NCBI GenBank assembly: GCA_023229365.1
Contig: JALNZK010000002.1
Span: 62,343-126,342, forward strand
DNA from: Pseudomonadota bacterium
GTDB lineage: Bacteria; Myxococcota_A; Polyangia; JAAYKL01
Reading direction: 5' to 3'
DNA length: 64,000 nt
Each line of letters begins with the position of its first letter. Within the stretch, counting starts at the first letter, position 1. This document shows positions 9,208-15,842 of this stretch, in pieces. Position numbers and translations under genes: made by a program. The notes beneath the pieces were generated by a model. That model had not been told where the DNA came from. It made no database searches and saw only the letters and a program-made list of their open reading frames with translations.

Positions 9208-9400
9208 ATGTTTTACAAATTACCACATGTTCTTGACCATCGTGATATAATCGACAACCAACAAATATTCCGCACGACTCACAAGGAAATCCATCTCTGG
9301 CTTCGTTGGCTAAATTCCAATTACTCATTTTACATGTCCCCAATTTGCTATAGCAAGTGATTCTGTCCAGCGTCCAAACAGTGGATGCTCCCAAAACCAC
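9131..9400 (-). CDS. Cys-rich zinc-ribbon protein
   Basis: 89 aa with CESCG...CKTC...CGCGG cysteine pairs. Confidence 0.3.
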   Translation of the reverse strand: MVLGASTVWTLDRITCYSKLGTCKMSNWNLANEARDGFPCESCGIFVGCRLYHDGQEHVVICKTCAEDGSIDKLSKERNMDFSPCGCGG

Positions 9401-9525
9401 TCGTTATTCACCAATGGCGGATTTAATATCCTTTTCCATCCATTGGCCCTCAACTTTGCACGCCTTTGCCAACTATCTGTCAGCATTTCAGCAACTTCTG
9501 TCAGTGCTTTTTCACCAATAGTCAT
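9325..9525 (-). CDS. hypothetical protein
   Basis: 66 aa ORF. Confidence 0.3.
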   Translation of the reverse strand: MTIGEKALTEVAEMLTDSWQRRAKLRANGWKRILNPPLVNNEWFWEHPLFGRWTESLAIANWGHVK

Positions 9526-9539
9526 GATTATTCTCCAGG

Positions 9540-9611
9540 GTGACTAACGGGAGTCGAACCCGCTAAAACCTGATCCACAGTCAGGCCCCTAACCGTTCGG
9601 GATTAGCCACC
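9540..9611 (-). tRNA. tRNA-His (GTG)
   Basis: The extra 5-prime G(-1) is encoded and pairs with discriminator C. Acceptor GTGGCTA/TAGTCAC, anticodon stem CCTGA/TCAGG with loop CTGTGGA. Confidence 0.6.
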
Positions 9612-9866
9612 ATATTTCGTAATCCTAATCGACACCCACTCTGACTCTCCTCTTGGAAGAATACCAACCTGAAGCACGTTGTCCATTTTCCAATCAACAA
9701 CGGAATCATCGCAATATAACGAAAATTCCGATATAATGTCCTCAACATACAATCCTAAATCTTCCCAAAAAGCTGCTGATTGGAAAGCAATTCTCTGAAT
9801 TGACAAAAGCAATCGTCTTATTTGTACTCTGGTTATATTTTTTCCACATAACAATGCCAAGTCCAT
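9603..9866 (-). CDS. hypothetical protein
   Basis: 87 aa ORF. Its 3-prime end overlaps the tRNA by a few nucleotides. Confidence 0.3.
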   Translation of the reverse strand: MDLALLCGKNITRVQIRRLLLSIQRIAFQSAAFWEDLGLYVEDIISEFSLYCDDSVVDWKMDNVLQVGILPRGESEWVSIRITKYGG

Positions 9867-10018
9867 GTCACACCTCCATGATCTAAATCGATGTTATAGC
9901 CAGTTTTAGTGATTTTGATTATAACACCATCACCCGCCCGTTTGGGACACAACACCTTAACCCTATCGCCAATTTCAAGTAATTTTTTCATAAGCAGGAG
10001 TGCTAGGATTCGGACCAA
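9833..10018 (-). CDS. hypothetical protein
   Basis: 61 aa ORF. Its 3-prime end overlaps the tRNA-Trp 3-prime end, so the exact stop is uncertain. Confidence 0.25.
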   Translation of the reverse strand: MVRILALLLMKKLLEIGDRVKVLCPKRAGDGVIIKITKTGYNIDLDHGGVTWTWHCYVEKI

Positions 10019-10065
10019 GATCGACGGTTTTGGAGACCGTTATGCTACCATTGCACCACACTCCT
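9995..10065 (-). tRNA. tRNA-Trp (CCA)
   Basis: Acceptor AGGAGTG/CACTCCT is perfect. Anticodon stem ACGGT/ACCGT with loop CTCCAAA. T-arm TTCGAAT-like. Confidence 0.6.
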
Positions 10066-10071
10066 TCGCAG

Positions 10072-10146
10072 CAGCACCGCCAGGACTCGAACCCGGATCG
10101 CCTCGATTTGGAATCGAGTGCCCTAAGCCATTTGGACCACGGTGCT
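10072..10146 (-). tRNA. tRNA-Trp (CCA), second copy
   Basis: Acceptor AGCACCG/CGGTGCT, anticodon stem CTCGA/TCGAG with loop TTCCAAA, T-arm CCGGG-TTCGAGT-CCTGG. Confidence 0.55.
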
Positions 10147-10223
10147 GTATTTGAATGCTGTGGGTCGTGTGGGCGTGGCATTGCTAGGCAACGGCGTTTC
10201 CTCGGAACACCACAGCATTCAAG

Positions 10224-10302
10224 AGTCGGCAGGCGGAATCGAACCACTTAACATCTGATTTGCAATCAGACCCCCAGCCTTCGGAGATTAGTTTCTGCCG
10301 AC
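10224..10302 (-). tRNA. tRNA-Cys (GCA), atypical long D-region
   Basis: Perfect acceptor GTCGGCA/TGCCGAC. Anticodon stem TCTGA/TCAGA with loop TTGCAAA. T-loop TTCGATT. At 79 nt it carries about 6 extra nucleotides in the D-arm region. Confidence 0.45.
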
Positions 10303-10308
10303 AATTCA

Positions 10309-10386
10309 GTGGAGCTAGAGGGAGTCGCACCCTCAGTTACCAACGTACCCATTGTAGGTTTTACGTTAGACTCGCTTTGTAGCCCC
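10309..10386 (-). tRNA. tRNA-like element, anticodon undetermined
   Basis: Acceptor GGGGCTA/TAGCTCC (one G-U pair) and T-arm GAGGG-TGCGACT-CCCTC are clear. No canonical 5-bp/7-nt anticodon arm can be folded, so this may carry an insertion or intron or be a decoy. Confidence 0.35.
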
Positions 10387-10614
10387 TTATCTTTTTGGAC
10401 CTTGCCAATCATCCCTGTATTTATATGTAAATTCAGCATCAATTGGCGTGTTCAATCCTTCCTCTCGCAACATTTCCTCAAGAGCATCAGCCACTTCATC
10501 ATAAACATCACAACGCTCTTGTTCTACGGCCCAAGTCCATGTGCTGCCGGTAGGCGTATGACTTGCTTTTTCCCTTAATTGAGCAATATATGCTCTAATC
10601 TTTTCCGACTTCAT
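10387..10614 (-). CDS. hypothetical protein
   Basis: 75 aa ORF. Confidence 0.35.
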   Translation of the reverse strand: MKSEKIRAYIAQLREKASHTPTGSTWTWAVEQERCDVYDEVADALEEMLREEGLNTPIDAEFTYKYRDDWQGPKR

Positions 10615-10813
10615 CTTTCTTTCCCTTTTTCTTCTTTTCTTTTGGTGCTGATTTCAAACTTTCAATCAAAACTTTTACCTCAGCATTTTCCGCAAGTTTA
10701 GTTATCAACTCATTCAATCCATGAATCTCCAAACCTTGCCTTGTCGTTTGTTTCACAAGGTCTTGTATTACACCCTGTGGATCAGTTTGACAGCGTTCTT
10801 CAAAGGTTATCAT
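10595..10813 (-). CDS. hypothetical protein (Lys-rich C-terminus)
   Basis: 72 aa ORF. Confidence 0.35.
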   Translation of the reverse strand: MITFEERCQTDPQGVIQDLVKQTTRQGLEIHGLNELITKLAENAEVKVLIESLKSAPKEKKKKGKKDEVGKD

Positions 10814-10814
10814 T

Positions 10815-10997
10815 TTACCCTCTCACAACATCATGGATTTTTGACGGAGCTTGAACAACATCTATGATTTCAAAACCAGGAGGCATATATTTTTGTGCCT
10901 CATCCCAAGCTTCGCTCACACAAGCGGCGGCTACACTGATCTTTGGTGTCTTAACCTTTTCCTTGATGTTTTTCTTGAACTTTACAAGATATTGCAT
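10815..10997 (-). CDS. hypothetical protein
   Basis: 60 aa ORF. Confidence 0.3.
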   Translation of the reverse strand: MQYLVKFKKNIKEKVKTPKISVAAACVSEAWDEAQKYMPPGFEIIDVVQAPSKIHDVVRG

Positions 10998-11166
10998 GTT
11001 TCATCCTTTGCATCAAAATTTACACAATCACATTCCCAGCAGCAGCCTTCTTCGTCATGTGCTTCTGAAAGATGCCCACAGGAACATATCATTTTCTTAT
11101 ATCGACTGCAAGAGGGGTCGTGACCACCTCTCAAATCCCTTTCGCATTCGCTACATTCGATGCTCA
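10982..11166 (-). CDS. Cys-rich small protein
   Basis: The listed ORF's N-terminal extension runs through two tRNA genes. I shortened it to the internal Met MSIECSECERD..., which has an AAGGAG Shine-Dalgarno upstream. The protein is 61 aa with multiple CxxC pairs. Confidence 0.35.
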
Positions 11167-11182
11167 TATCATTCTCCTTTAG

Positions 11183-11253
11183 CTGCCCCGTAAGGAATCG
11201 AACCTTATCTTTCTCGTTCAGAGCGAGACGTGCGGCCACTACACCACGGGGCA
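11183..11253 (-). tRNA. tRNA-Gln (CTG)
   Basis: Acceptor TGCCCCG/CGGGGCA is perfect. Anticodon stem TCTCG/CGAGA with loop CTCTGAA. T-arm TAAGG-TTCGATT-CCTTA. Confidence 0.6.
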
Positions 11254-11259
11254 AAATAG

Positions 11260-11331
11260 CTGGGCTGGAAGGATTCGAACCTTCACGAACAGATTCAAAG
11301 TCTGTCAGGCTAACCGTTACCTCACAGCCCA
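11260..11331 (-). tRNA. tRNA-Gln (TTG)
   Basis: Acceptor TGGGCTG/CAGCCCA is perfect. Anticodon stem ACAGA/TCTGT with loop CTTTGAA. T-arm GAAGG-TTCGAAT-CCTTC. Confidence 0.6.
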
Positions 11332-11429
11332 AAAATTTGGTAAATATTTCGGTGTTCCACAGCTTAAACTGCCGAGGTTAGAGGCTGTCCATCCTCACCG
11401 AGGTTATCGGCCACCGTATCGCCAACTTG

Positions 11430-11510
11430 GGACATTTAGCAGGGGCAGAAGGAATTGAACCTCCGAGTGCTTTCGCATGCAGCTTCAAAGACTGCCGGGG
11501 TCTGCCAACA
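11430..11510 (-). tRNA. tRNA-like element, anticodon undetermined (possible degenerate or insert-containing tRNA)
   Basis: A T-arm (GGAGG-TTCAATT-CCTTC) and a G-rich acceptor are present. The putative anticodon region contains a GCATGC palindrome inside a 13-nt loop, so no canonical anticodon arm forms. Confidence 0.3.
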
Positions 11511-11529
11511 ACCCCAATACCCCCATGTT

Positions 11530-11612
11530 TGCAACCAACTGGAATCGAACCAATATTTCTCCGGTGTCGGGAACGTTTTGCCTTAGGCCGCTTTTTGCCA
11601 ACCCTTGTTCTA
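11530..11612 (-). tRNA. tRNA-like element or tRNA pseudogene
   Basis: A T-arm (ATTGG-TTCGATT-CCAGT) and a 3-prime acceptor strand TGGTTGC are present. No matching 5-prime acceptor strand or anticodon arm was found. Confidence 0.25.
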
Positions 11613-11654
11613 GAATTGAATTAGTTATTACGACCCCTTAAACTATAGTTGCAA

Positions 11655-11728
11655 GTGAGACCGTTGGGATTCGCACCCAAAACCTACGGCTTAAAAGGCC
11701 GTTGCTCTACTAATTGAGCTACGATCCC
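11655..11728 (-). tRNA. tRNA-Lys (TTT)
   Basis: Acceptor GGGATCG/CGGTCTC with G-U pairs. Anticodon stem ACGGC/GCCGT with loop CTTTTAA. T-arm TTGGG-TGCGAAT-CCCAA. Confidence 0.55.
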
Positions 11729-11818
11729 ATATAAGGAAAAGATTGCCAATCTTTATTACAGCAGCACAACCTTTGCAGGAAACCCTGGGAAAAGGATTTT
11801 ATGGCCACAAACCTTGAG

Positions 11819-11890
11819 TGGGTCCACTCGGAATCGAACCGAGGTCAAAACATTAAGAGTGTTCTATTCTAGCCGCTGAACTATGGACCC
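11819..11890 (-). tRNA. tRNA-Lys (CTT), second copy
   Basis: Acceptor GGGTCCA/TGGACCC, anticodon stem GAACA/TGTTT with loop CTCTTAA, T-arm CTCGG-TTCGATT-CCGAG. Confidence 0.55.
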
Positions 11891-11922
11891 AAAGGATAAA
11901 CCAAATTGTCAAAGATCACAAG

Positions 11923-11993
11923 TGGGTCCACGGGGAATCGAACCCCGATAAACTGGGTAAAAGCCAGTTATTCTGCCATTGAATTACGAACCC
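11923..11993 (-). tRNA. tRNA-Lys (TTT), second copy
   Basis: Acceptor GGGTTCG/TGGACCC, D-stem ATTC/GAAT, anticodon stem ACTGG/CCAGT with loop CTTTTAC, T-arm CGGGG-TTCGATT-CCCCG. Confidence 0.55.
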
Positions 11994-12643
11994 TACAACC
12001 ACTCTTCATTCACAAAACCACAATATTCTTGAATTGCTCCATAAATGTGTTGCACCATATGAGTGTCGCACACCCTTAAAGAACAAACTCCAAACTTATG
12101 CTTATTCTTTTTATACCCGCCACCTTCTCCCTCTTTGAAAACTCCCTTTCGCAAACTGCTATGGTCTAATTTCAAAATTCCAAGCCAATAATCTTCAATC
12201 TCTTTTTTTGATAGACCATTGTTTAAATAACAATTGATGCATATTGTATACTTTTGTTTTGGGAAGTAGGTATCCACAAATTTTTTAAATGCACAAATGA
12301 CATTCGCATCCGTATTCGCCAAGCTTGCCACATTTCTACTTTTTGTTCCTTCTGCCCAATACAGCGTACAACCCAACAAATGCTGCAACTCTCCCTTTTT
12401 CGCCTGCTCCCTCCCCTCTTGCTGATATTGTTTCCTAATTGCCAAATATTTTTTTCTTGTTCCTTCTTTGCCAGCAAACCCTATTCTTCCATCTAAATTC
12501 TTGCGTTTCGTTTGCGACATTTTTATGGGGCGTGTCCATACACTTGCTGTTGATTTAGACACACCCAACAAATTCACTATTTCACCAAGCGACTTACCTT
12601 CTTTCCTCAATTGTTTGGCTTTTTCTTTTAACTCTTTTTTCAT
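11993..12643 (-). CDS. HTH-domain protein, putative LAGLIDADG-like homing endonuclease
   Basis: An N-terminal helix-turn-helix (SLGEIVNLLGVSKSTASVW) is followed by an LLGCTLYWAEGTKS segment that resembles the LAGLIDADG/GEG dodecapeptide. The gene abuts the 5-prime end of tRNA-Lys inside the tRNA array. Confidence 0.4.
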   Translation of the reverse strand: MKKELKEKAKQLRKEGKSLGEIVNLLGVSKSTASVWTRPIKMSQTKRKNLDGRIGFAGKEGTRKKYLAIRKQYQQEGREQAKKGELQHLLGCTLYWAEGTKSRNVASLANTDANVICAFKKFVDTYFPKQKYTICINCYLNNGLSKKEIEDYWLGILKLDHSSLRKGVFKEGEGGGYKKNKHKFGVCSLRVCDTHMVQHIYGAIQEYCGFVNEEWL

Positions 12644-12698
12644 AATAGAACCTTGCCTTTCTACCTATATATAATAGCAAAGTTCTATTTTTTTCAAG

Positions 12699-12772
12699 TC
12701 GTGGCTTTGAGAGTCGAACTCAACACGGAATCCTTATCAGGGATTCCAGGGCAAACCGGCCCGTCAGCCACG
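12699..12772 (-). tRNA. tRNA-Ile (GAT)
   Basis: Acceptor CGTGGCT/AGCCACG is perfect. Anticodon stem (GG)AATCC/GGATT(CC) with loop CTGATAA. T-arm TTGAG-TTCGACT-CTCAA. Confidence 0.6.
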
Positions 12773-12777
12773 TATTT

Positions 12778-13488
12778 TCAATTCAAACTCGGATCGCACT
12801 TTGGAAACATATCAAAGAACGAACTTTTCCTTTCTTTCAATGGTTTTGATTCATACTTATACTTTTCATCAAGAGACCCCAGTCCCCTGGGATAACCCTC
12901 CAAAACTGTCAAACAACCTACAGCATCGCCCCAGGTCCAGTTGTTGGCAAGAGACTCTTTTGCAAACTCTGCCATGTAAGCTCTTGCTCTTGGAACCAAG
13001 CCATCATCCATCTTGTCGTTATACAAATCTTTTGCATAACTTAGAAGCCTGATAGCTTCCATAAGCACCAACAAATAACTTTTTTTTCCAAAATCCAATG
13101 GCACACCCAGAAGCATGTTACCTTCTGTTGCCACAACGCAAACAAAGGAAAAATCACCCAAAGCCACAGGAGTCACACCTGAAAGCATCAATTTTGAACT
13201 AAATTGTGACAATTCCTTCAAAGCATCGAGTGGTATAGTATTAAATTTATCAAACAAATGTTGAAGCAACTTCATTACCCTCCGTCCTTGCAAAGCAACA
13301 GGATCATCGGGTGGCAAATTATCAATCCTTGGAATTGTGTCCATCATAATGCTCCTAAAGCCAATAAAAAAAGCCCTGTCCAGTTTTTTACCTGAACGGG
13401 GCTTTTCAATACCAACCCGGCTCAGGCATTTGTCCTGAGCCACGGTGCAACTCAGAACAGATCGCCAGTAATGCAGCAATGCTGCCAC
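12778..13488 (-). CDS. hypothetical protein
   Basis: 236 aa ORF with a probable GTG start. Confidence 0.45.
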   Translation of the reverse strand: MAALLHYWRSVLSCTVAQDKCLSRVGIEKPRSGKKLDRAFFIGFRSIMMDTIPRIDNLPPDDPVALQGRRVMKLLQHLFDKFNTIPLDALKELSQFSSKLMLSGVTPVALGDFSFVCVVATEGNMLLGVPLDFGKKSYLLVLMEAIRLLSYAKDLYNDKMDDGLVPRARAYMAEFAKESLANNWTWGDAVGCLTVLEGYPRGLGSLDEKYKYESKPLKERKSSFFDMFPKCDPSLN

Positions 13489-13537
13489 TTTTGTTTCTGT
13501 TGTTTTTGTTGCTTCGACATTATTCTTTTTCCTTCAG

Positions 13538-13611
13538 TGGCGGGAGTAGGATTTGAACCTACGGCCTCAAGGTTATGAGCCTTGCGAGCTACCAGACTGC
13601 TCCACCCCGCA
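13538..13611 (-). tRNA. tRNA-Met (CAT), initiator-like (1:72 mismatch)
   Basis: A standard 73-nt cloverleaf. Acceptor TGCGGGG/TCCCGCC has an unpaired position 1:72. D-stem GAGC/GCTC. Anticodon stem CAAGG/CCTTG with loop CTCATAA. T-arm GTAGG-TTCAAAT-CCTAC. Confidence 0.55.
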
Positions 13612-13632
13612 TCATGTTTTCAAAAATTAAGT

Positions 13633-13703
13633 GGCAGGGGCGGGGGATGATCCCGCTTTCATTTGGTTATGAGCCAAATAAGATAACCGTACCTACCCCC
13701 TGC
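13633..13703 (-). tRNA. tRNA-Met or tRNA-Ile2 (CAT)
   Basis: Acceptor GCAGGGG/CCCCTGC is perfect. Anticodon stem TTTGG/CCAAA with loop CTCATAA. The T-loop is atypical (ATCATCC). Confidence 0.45.
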
Positions 13704-13996
13704 GTCATGTTCATATATATGAGTATAGCTTGAAATTTTTTTCTGTCAATCCCTATTTTTCGGATTTTTTTCGGCGTAAACCAAAAATGGCTCCGAGTCG
13801 CCTTGCCACTATTCCCGCTCCAATGGAGACATTAGCTTATCGGGGTTTGCTGTCGCCGTTTCTCGGAGGTTGCCAGCTTGCTCTTCCATTAAATTTGTCA
13901 ATCAACAACCCTTCTGATTCCGAAGAATCCGCACATGGTTAAGAGGCGTGCCGTGCGTAGCAAAACCCTCATATTGTTGATTGACAAATTGACAAA

Positions 13997-14629
13997 TTAT
14001 CCCAATGGTCCATCAATGTGCTTGACATCCTCAGCACGAATTCGTTTGCCAAAACAAGATTCCCGCCCAAAGCCATCCATCAACTCATGTGCCCGCTTTT
14101 CTCCATAGCACCACACCATTTCCTGTTCTCTGGAAATGTCCTCCACCTTCATCATACGCATCAACCAAATGAAGTGTTGCAGATAGCTGATCCACGGGTC
14201 GATTTGTTCTTGCAGTTGCTCTCTTGAATATCTTACCAACGTTGAGGGCAACATCGACTTTTCAAGTTTTGTCAACTCCCGATCTTTCGTAATACGCAAA
14301 ATCTCCAACTCTTGTTTTACTTTTGCGAAACCCTCAGCAAGATGATGCCAAATAAAATGAGCATCGTCCTTGTCCAGCTTCAACATCACAATCGTTTCTG
14401 CCAATGCGGCCTCGGCGGCTTCTTTTGTGCTAAACACACTCAGTCGCCAATCCTCCCTTTCCTCGTTCTCAAACCTCAAAGTTCCTTTTCTACATATGCC
14501 GTCAGGGCTGGGAAACAGCATTTCAACGGTTGCTTTTGCTGGCTGCTTATCTATGGCAGCACAGTCTCCACGTAAAACCCAAACGGTATCTCCACGACCA
14601 AATTCAACACCGTCAATTGTGGTTGGCAT
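13997..14629 (-). CDS. hypothetical protein
   Basis: 210 aa ORF. Confidence 0.45.
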   Translation of the reverse strand: MPTTIDGVEFGRGDTVWVLRGDCAAIDKQPAKATVEMLFPSPDGICRKGTLRFENEEREDWRLSVFSTKEAAEAALAETIVMLKLDKDDAHFIWHHLAEGFAKVKQELEILRITKDRELTKLEKSMLPSTLVRYSREQLQEQIDPWISYLQHFIWLMRMMKVEDISREQEMVWCYGEKRAHELMDGFGRESCFGKRIRAEDVKHIDGPLG

Positions 14630-15366
14630 TATTTCCCCAGGGCTTTTGTCAAAATGTCATTTGATTCAATGCTCTCAACCGGCGTCTTAGGTTGCCCACC
14701 CCTTTTATCAGCGATACTCGCTAATAATTCTTCCAATTCTTTGTCGGAAATCTCCGATGTATTGGTTTCCAACTGCTCTATCCCACGGTCTATTTCATCA
14801 AGCTTCGTGGAAATAATTTTTTTTGCTTTGTCAAGATTGTCCCGATCCTTTGTCATAGCGACCAAATCTTGAGCAAGCTGTCTGGTTTCGGTGTCTTTTA
14901 TATCTGCGGAGGATTTAATGCCCAAACTTTTTAGTTTTTGTGTTTTAGTTGCAATTTGGGTACTCATCGTCAACAACACCGTATCCAATTTCTCCAGTTT
15001 CCCCGCACACACTTTTCTTTTGATTTTTAATTGTTTTAATTCATCTATTGGCACCGGCTTTGTGCTGTTATCGTCCTTGATATAAACCCCCGAAAGATCA
15101 TTGTGGCCGATATTTGTTTTGGCTGTTAAAACAAATTTAGTGGAACTCGGCACTTCCACATAATAGACGACTTCTACTCCATCCACAGTAGCTTTCAAAG
15201 TCTGTTCTGGATGCGTGGTATAATGAATGCAATCCTTTCCATCAACCTGCAAAGTGGCATCGCTGGCAACTTCGATGGTATGCTTGTCGCTGACATAGAC
15301 CCCCTTGTGCAAGTCTGGGGCACAACCACAAAAGCACAGCAATGTCAAAATAATTGTCTTATTCAT
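14629..15366 (-). CDS. putative lipoprotein with coiled-coil C-terminal region
   Basis: The N-terminal signal peptide carries a lipobox-like LLCFCGC. The C-terminal half is charged and heptad-rich. A promoter lies about 100 nt upstream. Confidence 0.45.
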   Translation of the reverse strand: MNKTIILTLLCFCGCAPDLHKGVYVSDKHTIEVASDATLQVDGKDCIHYTTHPEQTLKATVDGVEVVYYVEVPSSTKFVLTAKTNIGHNDLSGVYIKDDNSTKPVPIDELKQLKIKRKVCAGKLEKLDTVLLTMSTQIATKTQKLKSLGIKSSADIKDTETRQLAQDLVAMTKDRDNLDKAKKIISTKLDEIDRGIEQLETNTSEISDKELEELLASIADKRGGQPKTPVESIESNDILTKALGK

Positions 15367-15463
15367 GGTCTACTCCTTTTAAGAGTGCAAAAGAACCACT
15401 GACCGTGCCCTCTTCTGCCTAGATGATGTTATTAAACCGCATCCGGTCAGTGGCTCCTGTTAC

Positions 15464-15491
15464 ATTATACTCCAGAAACTTGCCTTGTAAA
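15464..15491 (-). promoter_or_regulatory. sigma70-like promoter (TTTACA-N16-TATAAT on minus strand)
   Basis: Plus strand reads ATTATACTCCAGAAACTTGCCTTGTAAA. It sits directly downstream (in transcription sense) of the terminator hairpin at 15493-15528. Confidence 0.6.
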
Positions 15492-15492
15492 C

Positions 15493-15528
15493 CAAAAAAA
15501 AATGCCGGATTTTATGGATAATCCGGCA
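15493..15528 (-). terminator. rho-independent terminator
   Basis: Stem GCCGGATT/AATCCGGC with the following A9 run on the plus strand, which is a U-run on the minus transcript. It ends the long 3-prime UTR of gene 15843..16397. Confidence 0.6.
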
Positions 15529-15530
15529 AA

Positions 15531-15740
15531 AACCTCTGGTGGTTAGGACGACCAGATGCGTCCCAGTGTGTTGAGGAACAACTGACAAATCCCAGATGTT
15601 GTGGAGACACCTGACAAAACCTCTGGCTAGGTAGGCGAAACCAGTAATGCCCAGGTGTTGTGGTGACACCTGCTGAAACCTCTGATTTATAGGCAATCAG
15701 ATAAAAGCCTCGGGTTTATGTGGAGAAAACCAGATGAAAA
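15531..15740 (-). repeat. tandem array of about 7 degenerate 29-33 nt hairpin repeats in the 3-prime UTR
   Basis: Two interleaved unit types. Type A is AAACCTCTGG-hairpin-CCAG(A)TG. Type B is CCCAGNTGTTGNGGNNACANCTGNCAAA. Each unit forms a short stem-loop. The array is non-coding, and the listed ORF 15460..15696 across it is implausible. Confidence 0.55.
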
Positions 15741-15842
15741 CCCCCACTTTATAGTCGAGGGAAGACCGCCTTTTAAGTTAAAAAGACTAACCCCGCTTTA
15801 AGGGATAGCAGTAACCCCCTTTTAAGGAGAAAGGGAAACCTC

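Noticed and set aside
10982-11332. 116-aa ORF extending through tRNA-Gln genes.
   Set aside because: The N-terminal 55 aa is translation of two tRNA genes. I shortened it to the internal Met that has an AAGGAG Shine-Dalgarno.
11337-11425. Possible tRNA between tRNA-Gln and the next tRNA-like element.
   Set aside because: It has inverted repeats (CGGTG...CACCG) but no T-loop and no foldable cloverleaf, so I left it as an unexplained structured spacer.
15460-15696. Minus-strand 78-aa ORF.
   Set aside because: It lies across the promoter, terminator and hairpin-repeat array and has no Shine-Dalgarno, so it is a translated repeat.
15531-15740. Possible CRISPR array.
   Set aside because: The units are too degenerate, alternate between two families, have no unique spacers of uniform length and there are no cas genes.
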